64,000 nucleotides of DNA from Bryobacterales bacterium (GTDB lineage: Bacteria > Acidobacteriota > Terriglobia > Bryobacterales > UBA6623). The translations under genes and the position numbers were made by a program. The number at the start of each line of letters is the position of its first letter. The first letter of the stretch is position 1. The DNA is taken from the NCBI GenBank assembly GCA_963422375.2, contig OY729427.2:320001-384000 (forward strand), in the 5' to 3' direction. Below the pieces are notes generated by a model. It searched no databases. It was given only the letters and a program-made list of their open reading frames with translations, and was not told where the DNA came from. Positions 51,149 through 60,806 of the stretch are shown piece by piece.

Positions 51149-52693
51149 ATGAAGCGACCTAACGCACTCTCTTCCCGAAAGGCCGTGCTGCCGCTGGCAG
51201 TCGTCTTCAGCACGCTCGTCGCGGGGATCCTGATCGGGACGATCATCTCCGGGCAGGCAGACGCGGCCCGCGAGACCGATGCGCCGGTAACGGACGCCGA
51301 ACCGCTCGTCATTCCGCAAGCGGTGCCGGTAGACAACCAGTTCTCCGAGCTAGCCCGCAAGGTCAGGCCGTCGGTAGTCAGCATCTACATCCCCGCGGAG
51401 GCGGGGACGGAGCGGGCCGAGGGCCCGCTCAGAGATCCGGAAGACATGTTCCGGCGCTTCTTCGGCATCCCGCAGGCACCCGACCCGGAGCGTCGCCGGA
51501 GGGGCCCGGGACAGGGCTCCGGGGTGATCGTGGACCCGAAGGGATACATCATCACCAACAACCACGTGGTCGCCGACTCCGAACGCATCCGGGTGCGGTT
51601 CGTCGACGACGACGAACTCTACGACGCCAAGCTGATCGGCGCGGATCCGGAAACGGACCTGGCGGTGATCCACGTCGAGAGCGGCCCGGACCTCCGGCCG
51701 GCCACGATCGGAAACTCGGATTCCGCCAACGTCGGGGACTGGGCGGTCGCAGTCGGATCGCCGTTCGGCTACAGGGAAACGGTGACCGTCGGGATCATCA
51801 GCGCGAAGGCGCGCGAGGCGATGGCGACCCAGCGGCTGCGCCCCTTCCAGAAGTTCCTGCAAACCGACGCGGCCATCAACCCGGGCAACAGCGGCGGACC
51901 GCTGCTGAACATCCGCGGCGAAGTCATCGGGATCAATACCGCGATCATCTCGCGCACGGGAGGCTACGACGGCATCGGCTTCGCCCTGCCCTCGAACATC
52001 GCCGTCAAGGTCTACAACCAGGTCATCCGCTACGGGCGGGTGTCGCGCGGGTCGATCGGGGTGCAGTTCCACGGGGAGCAGAACCTCTCCCTGAACCGCA
52101 CCTACGGCGCGGAGGGCGGGGTCTTCGTGACGGATGTCATCGAGGGCGGACCGGCGGAAGATGCCGGCATGAAGGACGAGGACATCATCGTCTCGGTGGA
52201 CGGCAACAAGATCGAGAACGGCGACGCCCTGCTTTCGGTGGTGTCGGCGCTCAGCGTCGGCGACACGGTGCCGGTCGAGGTGGTTCGCAACGGCAAGACG
52301 GTCAACCTAGACGTGACGATCGCCGACCGGCAGAAGCTGTATCCGGAGCAGGCCGAAGCGGCGACCGACGAGCCGGACACCGAGGAAGCCAGCGTGCGCT
52401 TCGGCGTCACGGTGCAGGAGATCAGCCCGGAGCGGCGCGAGCAGATGGACCTCAGCGAGGACGGCGTGCTTCTGACTAGGGTCGAGCCGCGGTCGTTCGC
52501 CGAGGACGTGGGACTGGAGCGCGGCGACGTGCTGCTGGCGGTGAACCGAGTGCCGATCACCTCGATCCGGGACTTGCGCGACATCCAGAAGACACTCAAG
52601 CCGGGCATGGACGTGGCGTTCAAGCTAATGCGCTCGGACGGGCGAACCTGGCGAACGGCGTACCTTGCCGGGGTGATCCCCGATCCGAACTAG
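51149..52693 (+). CDS. Do/DegP (HtrA) serine protease with two PDZ domains
   Basis: ITNNHVV, TDLAV and QTDAAINPGNSGGPL, followed by two PDZ-like segments. Confidence 0.93.
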   Translation: MKRPNALSSRKAVLPLAVVFSTLVAGILIGTIISGQADAARETDAPVTDAEPLVIPQAVPVDNQFSELARKVRPSVVSIYIPAEAGTERAEGPLRDPEDMFRRFFGIPQAPDPERRRRGPGQGSGVIVDPKGYIITNNHVVADSERIRVRFVDDDELYDAKLIGADPETDLAVIHVESGPDLRPATIGNSDSANVGDWAVAVGSPFGYRETVTVGIISAKAREAMATQRLRPFQKFLQTDAAINPGNSGGPLLNIRGEVIGINTAIISRTGGYDGIGFALPSNIAVKVYNQVIRYGRVSRGSIGVQFHGEQNLSLNRTYGAEGGVFVTDVIEGGPAEDAGMKDEDIIVSVDGNKIENGDALLSVVSALSVGDTVPVEVVRNGKTVNLDVTIADRQKLYPEQAEAATDEPDTEEASVRFGVTVQEISPERREQMDLSEDGVLLTRVEPRSFAEDVGLERGDVLLAVNRVPITSIRDLRDIQKTLKPGMDVAFKLMRSDGRTWRTAYLAGVIPDPN

Positions 52694-52829
52694 GCAGCTG
52701 CCTACGAGAGCGGAGCCGCGCGACGCCCCGGCCGAACGGTCGGCTTGCGCACCCCGCGAGCGCCTTGCGGCGATGCCGCCAGGCTCGCGGGCTTAGCACG
52801 CCGCGTAGGATGGTCGGGCGAGGCACATC

Positions 52830-54367
52830 ATGCGATCACTCGCCTGCTCGATCCTCATTGCCCTCGGGGCTCTCGCAGGAACGGCAGACGCCGGGGACTG
52901 GCCGACTTTCGGGCACGATCCCCAGCGAAGCGGGTGGGCCCGCAGCGAGCGGACGCTCAGCGTCGAGACCGTCCCCTCGCTCGAGTTGAAATGGAAGGCC
53001 CAGTTCAACAACAGTGCGTCCCTGCTTGGCGCTCTCACGGCCCCCATCGTCGCCGTCGGGGTGACCACGCAGGGCGGCATTCAGGACGTGGTGTTCGTGG
53101 CGGGCAGGGAAGGCGGCGTCTTCGCGCTCGCCGCCGACAGCGGCGCCCTCCTCTGGGAGTGGGCGCCCGTGCGGTACGGACTCCCTGCCGACGCTCGGCT
53201 GCAAGGCAGCGTCTACTGCCCCAACGGTGTGAACGCCACGCCGACATTCGACAAGCGCACGGGCATCCTGTACACCCTGGCCGAGAGCGGAGCCCTGTAC
53301 GGGCTGGACATGGGCAGCGGGACGGTGCGGTTCGGACCCGTGCAGTTCGTCGCACCCTTCGCGAAGGCCTGGAGCCTCAACCTCGTCTCAGACAAGATCT
53401 ACACGACGCTGGCGCAGGGCTGCGGCGGGGCCCTTTCGGGCATCTACTCCATGGACATCGGCGACCGGCATCGCCCGGTAGTGCGGCAGATCTTGCTCTC
53501 CACTACCATCACCGGCGGGATCTGGGGCAGGGGCGGCCCGATCATCGGCCAGAACGGGAGAGTCTACGGATCGACGGGCCCTTCGATCCTCGCGCCAGCG
53601 ACTACTCGAATAGCGTGGTCGCGGCAACGGTCGACACTCTCGAGCTGGTGGACCACTTCGTGCCCCGGAACCACTGGGATCTGTGCAGGCTGGATCTCGA
53701 CTTCGGCTCGGCCAGCCCGGTTTGGTTCGGGTGGGAGAGGTACCATCTGCTCGCATCGGGGGCCAAGGAGCGCGTCCTGTACCTGCCCGACGCCGACTCG
53801 CTGGGCGGCAAGGACCACCAGACGCCTCTGCTCGAGGGGGTGCGGCTCGGGAACGACCCGCAGTCCCTAACGTCGCACGGTATCTGGGGAGGCCTCTCGC
53901 CTTGGCAGGACGACGAGGGACGGCGCTGGCTCTACGTGCTGATGTACGGGCCTCCGTCGGAGTCCGTGCCCGATTTCCCGATCCGGTACGGATCCGCGCC
54001 GGACGGCAGCGTGATGGCCTTCGAGGTAGTGGCCGACGAGGGCACGGGCAAGCCCCTGCTCGAGCCCAAGTGGATCTCGCAGAACTTCAAGGTGCCGGAG
54101 CCGGTAGCGCTGGCAAACGGGATTGCCTTCGTGCTCGCTAACGGAGAGAATCCGAACCAGAGGGACTCGGTGCAGGAGCGGCAGACCAGGAACAACGAAC
54201 CGGCGGTGCTCTACGCCTTGGACGCGCGGACCGGCAGGGAACTCTACAACAGCGGCGACTCGATCGGAACGTGGGTCCATTTCAGCGGGATCGCCATTGC
54301 GGAGGGCCGGATCTACACGGTCGACTACGACTCCGCAGTGTATTCCTTCGGACTGCGCGGCAAATGA
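52830..54367 (+). pseudogene. Secreted PQQ-like beta-propeller protein, frameshifted near 53575
   Basis: The N-part (DWPTFGHDPQRSGW, GGIWGRGG, VYGSTG) is in the frame of 52830. The C-part (DGPFDP..DYSNSVV, DLDFGSASP, LYALDARTG.ELY) is in the frame of 52745..54367. Could be a sequencing error. Confidence 0.7.
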
Positions 54368-54492
54368 AGTCCTGGGTCCAAGGTCGCAGCCGCCCACCAC
54401 TCGAGACGCGCTCGCCTGGCGCGAGAGGTCGGGCGCGGAGCAGCAACGTGCTGGCGGACGCTGCGAATGCGGCACTTTCCCGATTTTCGAAC

Positions 54493-54520
54493 TTGGATTT
54501 CCGCTAAGCGCGACTATAAT
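54493..54520 (+). promoter_or_regulatory. Putative sigma70 promoter upstream of cas2
   Basis: TTGGAT (54493-54498), 16-nt spacer, TATAAT (54515-54520), 23 nt before the cas2 start. Confidence 0.5.
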
Positions 54521-54534
54521 GAGACCGGTTGTAG

Positions 54535-54834
<300 letters not shown>

Positions 54835-55031
54835 GACCTCGGAGCGGGACGAATGACAAGGAAGCCCGTCGGGCAGCACAGGCATGGCGCTCGACTAACG
54901 GCTGGCAGGCGGGGCGCAACCGGAAGACCCTGCGGGCGAGCCAAGAATTCGAGGCGAGGGCTTCCGCCGCTCTCCGACGCATCGAAGGCTCGCACCGGGA
55001 GCGGGACTGACCCCTCCACGGGCCGGGACGC

Positions 55032-56819
55032 ATGTTCATGAGCACGGCATTGGCAGTGCCGGTCGATGGCCGGACCGAACGGGAGCTTCCGGACTACCTG
55101 CCAGCCCGCATGATCAACGAGTACGCGTACTGTCCCAGGCTCTTCTACTACGAGCAGGTCGAGAGCGTCTTCGTGCATAACGAGCACACGGCAACAGGGG
55201 CCGCCCAGCACAAGCGGGTTGACCGGGAGGGCAAGAGCGCTCCCAAGCCAGACGGCCCCACCGACGAGCCGGTGACGGTAACTTCGATCACGCTGGCCTC
55301 GGACGAGTACCGAGTGATAGCGAAGCTTGACCTAGCTGAATTCAAGGATGGGCGAGCCACACCCGTGGACTACAAGAAGGGCCGACCGATGCGCACGGAT
55401 GATGGGCTAGGAGCGTGGCCCAGTGACCGGGTCCAGCTGGCCGTCCAGGCGATCGTCCTCAGGGCGAACGGGTATCGCTGCGAGGAAGGAGTTCTCTTCT
55501 ACCAGCAGACTCGCCAGCGCGTGAGACTGACCTTCGACGATGACGTGATGCGGGAGGCCAGGACCGCCATCGAGGGCGCATGGGCGACCGCAGCGTCGCC
55601 AGTGATTCCACCCCCTCTCGTGGATTCCCCAAAGTGCCCCGGCTGCTCTCTGGTAGGGATTTGCATGCCTGACGAAACAACGCACGTCCTGGAGTCGCCC
55701 GGCGAAGATACTGCCCTGCAATACAATCTGTTCGAACCGGAGGCACCCACGCCGAAGAAGGGACCGCAGCGCGAGACGCGCTTGCTGGTCGCTCCCCGCG
55801 TGGACCTGCGTCCGCTGTACCTCAACACACATGGGCTACGCGTGGGCAAGTCGGGAGACGTCCTCAAGATCAAGGAGCGCGACAGGATCATTCAGGAAGT
55901 TCGGATTCACGAGACTTGTCAAGTCAATTTGATGGGAAATATTCAGATCACAACACAGGCAGTTCAACGACTCTGCGAGCTAGAGAAGCCAATTTGCTAT
56001 TTCTCGATGGGCGGATGGTTCTACGGAATTACGACGGGTATGAACACGAAGAATGTGATGCTTCGGAAGGCGCAGTTCGTACTCGCCGACCAGCCATGGT
56101 TTTGTCTGCGAGTTTCGTCGGCGTTGATAGCGGGAAAAATCCGTAATCAAAGAACAATGCTTCTTCGGAATCACATTGAACCGGACCCGCTTGCCATGCG
56201 AGAAATGAAGCGCCTCATTGGTAGCGCAGAAAGAGCCAGAAGCCTAGATGAGATTCTAGGTATCGAGGGATATGCAGCAAAGATCTATTTCGGAGAACTT
56301 TCTGGAATGATAAAGCAAGATCACCAGACTTCTGAGGACGAAATTCTTCAGTTTAATTTCGCTACCAGGAACCGTCGTCCCCCACGTGATCCAATCAATG
56401 CCTTACTTTCATTCGGATACAGCCTCTTGGCCAAGGATTTTACGATCTCGTGCTACGCAGTGGGATTCGACCCAATGATTGGATTCTTCCATCAGCCTCG
56501 GCACGGCCGACCTGCCCTTGCCTTGGACCTGATGGAGCCGTTGCGCCCTCTAATCGCGGACTCCGCCGTACTGAGCGCCGTGAACACTCGAATGGTCACG
56601 GAAGGGGACTTCGTCAGGGCCGGAAAGGCCGTGTCCCTGACGGCGAAAGGACGGAAGAACTTCCTGCGAGCATACGAGGCGAGAATGGACTCCCTCGTGA
56701 CTCACTCTCTCTTCGACTACCGAGTCACGTATCGGAGGCTGCTAGAAATTCAAGCGAGGCTGCTCGGGAAGGTCATTGAAGGGGAGTTGCCTGACTACCC
56801 GGTCTTTTGCACGCGATGA
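55032..56819 (+). CDS. cas1: Cas4-Cas1 fusion (GSU0057 / type I-G(I-U)-like)
   Basis: Cas4 part: YCPRLFY, KLD...PVDYKKG (RecB-like) and CPGCSLVGIC. Cas1 part: GIEG.AA..YF, NALLSFGYSLL and GFFH...ALALDLMEPLRP. Confidence 0.95.
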   Translation: MFMSTALAVPVDGRTERELPDYLPARMINEYAYCPRLFYYEQVESVFVHNEHTATGAAQHKRVDREGKSAPKPDGPTDEPVTVTSITLASDEYRVIAKLDLAEFKDGRATPVDYKKGRPMRTDDGLGAWPSDRVQLAVQAIVLRANGYRCEEGVLFYQQTRQRVRLTFDDDVMREARTAIEGAWATAASPVIPPPLVDSPKCPGCSLVGICMPDETTHVLESPGEDTALQYNLFEPEAPTPKKGPQRETRLLVAPRVDLRPLYLNTHGLRVGKSGDVLKIKERDRIIQEVRIHETCQVNLMGNIQITTQAVQRLCELEKPICYFSMGGWFYGITTGMNTKNVMLRKAQFVLADQPWFCLRVSSALIAGKIRNQRTMLLRNHIEPDPLAMREMKRLIGSAERARSLDEILGIEGYAAKIYFGELSGMIKQDHQTSEDEILQFNFATRNRRPPRDPINALLSFGYSLLAKDFTISCYAVGFDPMIGFFHQPRHGRPALALDLMEPLRPLIADSAVLSAVNTRMVTEGDFVRAGKAVSLTAKGRKNFLRAYEARMDSLVTHSLFDYRVTYRRLLEIQARLLGKVIEGELPDYPVFCTR

Positions 56820-57349
56820 GAGACCCATGAAGCAGATCACTCCTGAATGCGCGGAATCATGCCAACTCCTGTCCGAGCTAAGTGACGCAGCGATCTACTT
56901 CGCCACCGACACCGAAGTGCGGTGACAGCCGTCCGGACTGACAGACCGCTGAGGAATCTCGTTACGACCTGCCATGCCGGCTCTTGGGATGCAACGACAC
57001 GAACACCTATGCTTCTCACCTAGGGCTGTCTCAAGCCTTCCGAGCGTGATGCTCCAGAATTCGTTTGCTCCCCGAAGAAACTTCTTGTTCCACGGCGACC
57101 GCCGATGCCTGCGAGTGGGATCAATGTCCCATTCCAGATGTGATCCATTCGGGACTCCCATGCGCGGTCAGCCGGCGACCGCCTCGCCGACCGCCTGTCG
57201 AGCGTGGCCGGAACTATACTGTTGAAGTGGTCTCGCAGACCCTAGGATCGGCAACTCGAAGATTGCGAATGGTCGATTGCTCGCGCGCTTCGTCTGGAAA
57301 CGCTCCCGTCCGCTGCACTCACAGGGGCAGGCATTCATGCGACATGCGA

Positions 57350-57935
57350 ATCCAACGACCGCCGACCCATAGTCGATCCTGTGGATCGCGCTGCCCGGAA
57401 CGTGCCCGGCTGAATTCGGCTCGAGTCGCCGAGGGCGCGGTGAATCGAAACACCTCCAGCTGCACGTCCCACGTCTGGCGCTCATTGAAGTGCGGCACCG
57501 TCTGCTCCACCGCGGTGCCCGCTGTCGGGCAATGGTGCCCCCGCACCCGAAGTCGGGACACCCAGTTCCTCTTCCCCAGGTTCGGGAACTCGTCCTGCAA
57601 GCGCCTCGATGATCGCGCCTCTACACACTGCATCGGCTTCGGCGGTGCCGACGCCGGATGCAGACTCGATCCGGCGACACCGCCCCGCGCATGACCTGCA
57701 CCTCGCGCGTCCGCCACACCTGGCGGATCAGGTCCCACGCCATCACCCTCGCATCTCCGCTCAACAGCTCGAAGCGCTACTTCGTGAACCATATCAAGTC
57801 GTACTCCACGTCGCACTTCGCGTGCCCGCCCATGTGGTACACCGTCTCGCCCACAGTCGAGTCCCAGTCCGGAACGAGCCGTCGAATCCGAACCGACTGA
57901 CAGGCGGTGGCAGCGCAGGCAGCCATTCACCACCT
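57350..57935 (-). mobile_element. tnpA: Degenerate IS200/IS605-family element (tnpA relic, no tnpB seen)
   Basis: The minus strand reads GHAKCDVEYDLIWFTK*RFELL...DLIRQV...GAVSPDRVCI, then shifts frame to SAPP..MQCVEARSSRRLQDEFPNLGKRNW...RGHHCPTAG. This follows Y1 TnpA with the HUH and catalytic Tyr lost. Degenerate hairpins lie near 57355-57380 and 57890-57910. Confidence 0.78.
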
Positions 57936-58199
57936 CGAGTGAGACGGGGTATGACGCGCATCGGGCAGAATTCAGGTTGACTCGCAGCAAGCCGATGTGC
58001 TACAGTCTTGTTTCTGGGCGGGAGGTGCGCTTTCGTAGCGGACTTCGGATGCGTCGCCTATCAAGGCAGAGTCAGCTAGCGGAACACCGGCAGACAGATC
58101 GACTGCGAGAGGCGAGGCGATGCGGAATCCCCCTTGACCGCTCGCATGGACTTATGTACAGTGATTACAGGACGTTGAGTTCCGGCGAACGTAGCGAGC

Positions 58200-58281
58200 A
58201 GAGCCTACCCCTTGGTTGAGCCGTCGCTGCTCGCAACAACCTGCCTAGATCATTGAAATCCAAAGAGTTAGCGAGCATGGC
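58200..58281 (+). promoter_or_regulatory. CRISPR leader
   Basis: AT-richer stretch (TAGATCATTGAAATCCAAAGAGTTA, with imperfect IHF-like half sites) next to the first perfect repeat. The degenerate repeats are at the opposite end. Confidence 0.65.
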
Positions 58282-60516
58282 GTCTCCCCGGCCGCAAGGC
58301 CGGGGCCTCATTGAAGCCAGGTCTCCAAGGACACCCCCGTGGTGTCCCACGTCGTCTCCCCGGCCGCAAGGCCGGGGCCTCATTGAAGCTGGGGCACGTA
58401 AACCCTCTACCCATAGCGTAACAGGGCGTCTCCCCGGCCGCAAGGCCGGGGCCTCATTGAAGCCACGTGCGGGGGCCGATGCAGGGCGACGGCCTGCTGG
58501 GCTCGTCTCCCCGGCCGCAAGGCCGGGGCCTCATTGAAGCGTACTAGGCTCGCGATAACGTACCATCCGTGGATCGCTGTCTCCCCGGCCGCAAGGCCGG
58601 GGCCTCATTGAAGCCAGGGCGGTTCCGTGCCCGTGATGCTCCAGCGCACGGGTCTCCCCGGCCGCAAGGCCGGGGCCTCATTGAAGCGTAATAGTCGCCG
58701 GGAGCAACGACCTCGCTGCTCTCGAGTCTCCCCGGCCGCAAGGCCGGGGCCTCATTGAAGCGACTACTGGGAGTGCGTGGTGGAGCATCTCGAGCTGTCT
58801 CCCCGGCCGCAAGGCCGGGGCCTCATTGAAGCGACCGCCGGATCGTGCTCGCGTCAGAGCACGAATACGAGCGTCTCCCCGGCCGCAAGGCCGGGGCCTC
58901 ATTGAAGCGCCGCCGCGTTGCGCGGCCTGAATATCGCCGTCGCCGTCTCCCCGGCCGCAAGGCCGGGGCCTCATTGAAGCCAATCAACTGATTACGTCAT
59001 GCAGCCCGGGCCCGGTCGTCTCCCCGGCCGCAAGGCCGGGGCCTCATTGAAGCATGAGCAGGACTGCTTGCCCCTCGGTCATGTCGGTGTCTCCCCGGCC
59101 GCAAGGCCGGGGCCTCATTGAAGCATCCGTCCACCCTGTGGGTGGACAGACACCGGGGCGTTCGTCTCCCCGGCCGCAAGGCCGGGGCCTCATTGAAGCT
59201 TTTCAAATATTTCCTAGTGTCATCGGTTTTTCCGGCGTCTCCCCGGCCGCAAGGCCGGGGCCTCATTGAAGCCTAGACTATTTTTCAGTCGTGCCGACAC
59301 TACGTATGTCGTCTCCCCGGCCGCAAGGCCGGGGCCTCATTGAAGCGGGATAGGTCATGGTGTCTCCTCCTGGCCGGCGCGGTCTCCCCGGCCGCAAGGC
59401 CGGGGCCTCATTGAAGCCAGCTGCGAGCCCGCGGGATAGCCCGTGCCGGGCCGTCTCCCCGGCCGCAAGGCCGGGGCCTCATTGAAGCTGGTTCGAGCGC
59501 CTGAAGGAGCTGCGGGTCCAGCGCGGTCTCCCCGGCCGCAAGGCCGGGGCCTCATTGAAGCTACATCCGGGTGCCTCCGCCGGAGATGGTCCGCCCATCG
59601 TCTCCCCGGCCGCAAGGCCGGGGCCTCATTGAAGCAACCACCTCGCGCCGCTTCGTCCACCCCGCGCCTCTGGTCTCCCCGGCCGCAAGGCCGGGGCCTC
59701 ATTGAAGCCTGGCAGCTCGTGCCCGGTAATCACCAGGCCTACCGTCTCCCCGGCCGCAAGGCCGGGGCCTCATTGAAGCGTTTCGGCGTACAGCTCCTCC
59801 AGGCGCTTGACCTGCAGCGTCTCCCCGGCCGCAAGGCCGGGGCCTCATTGAAGCCATCGCGACGCGCTCGAGAAATTGGCCAAGATCAAGGAGTCTCCCC
59901 GGCCGCAAGGCCGGGGCCTCATTGAAGCATCAAATCCGGCCTGATAGTAACGACCTGCTTGGGCCGTCTCCCCGGCCGCAAGGCCGGGGCCTCATTGAAG
60001 CCCTGCGTAGATCGCGTCTAGCAGAGGCTTGCGGATCATGTCTCCCCGGCCGCAAGGCCGGGGCCTCATTGAAGCAGGCTTAGATCGACTTCTTCCGTCA
60101 TATCGGAGGAGTCTCCCCGGCCGCAAGGCCGGGGCCTCATTGAAGCGCGGTGCTGGCATAGGTGCGCGTAACGCGCACCACCTGGTCTCCCCGGCCGCAA
60201 GGCCGGGGCCTCATTGAAGCTCGCAGCTGCTGCGGGGCGACGTGCGGGCGCGGACCGAGTCTCCCCGGCCGCAAGGCCGGGGCCTCATTGAAGCTCGACC
60301 TCGGGCATTTCGATCCACTGAGCGTACCCCAGTCTCCCCGGCCGCAAGGCCGGGGCCTCATTGAAGCGGCCTGAATGGAGTACGTAGGGATGGACGCTTT
60401 CGCGTCTCCCCGGCCGCAAGGCCGGGCCCTCATTGAAGCCGAATTCTAACCTCCTGCTTAGCGTCCGACGCGTATAGGCGGTCTCCCCGGCCGCAAGGCC
60501 GGGCCCTCATTGAAGT
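58282..60516 (+). CRISPR. CRISPR array: 31 repeats (36 bp GTCTCCCCGGCCGCAAGGCCGGGGCCTCATTGAAGC), 30 spacers of 35-41 bp
   Basis: Counted by eye. The repeat has an 8-bp stem CCCCGGCC/GGCCGGGG with a GCAA loop and a 3' ATTGAAGC. The last two repeats carry G24C, and the last also ends in T. Confidence 0.98.
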
Positions 60517-60806
60517 CGCGACCCAGCTTGGCGGCAAGGGCAGACTGCAGTCTGGAGTGCAAGCGTTGGGCGAAACGAGTTTCTTGGCCCACAACCGTGC
60601 GACTGTCAAGGCAAGTTGCCGCCGAGGATACTGTGCAGCAGGCGCATCTGCCATCGGAAGGGCGGGAATGTGAGTTCGCCGCCAGCCGTCGAATCGGCGC
60701 AGCGCTTAGCCAAGTCGCTGGCCCTGCTGCGTGGAACAGTCAATTCTTCGGCAGGCTCTGAACCATGGGCGCACGGACCCCGGCCATCCGCAGAAGCATC
60801 GTTGTC

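Noticed and set aside
56820..57350. Possible tnpB/IscB, reverse transcriptase or tracrRNA between cas1 and the array
   Set aside because: I found no RuvC, Zn-finger or YADD motif and no anti-repeat. The only similarity is a short TTGAAG match near 57222.
58318..60480. Self-targeting or duplicated spacers
   Set aside because: I noticed no match to the window and no repeated spacer by eye. An exact search is needed to exclude this.
58165..60654. Short ORFs with repeated MRPRPCGRGD / SPRPQGRGLIEA
   Set aside because: These are translations of the CRISPR repeats.
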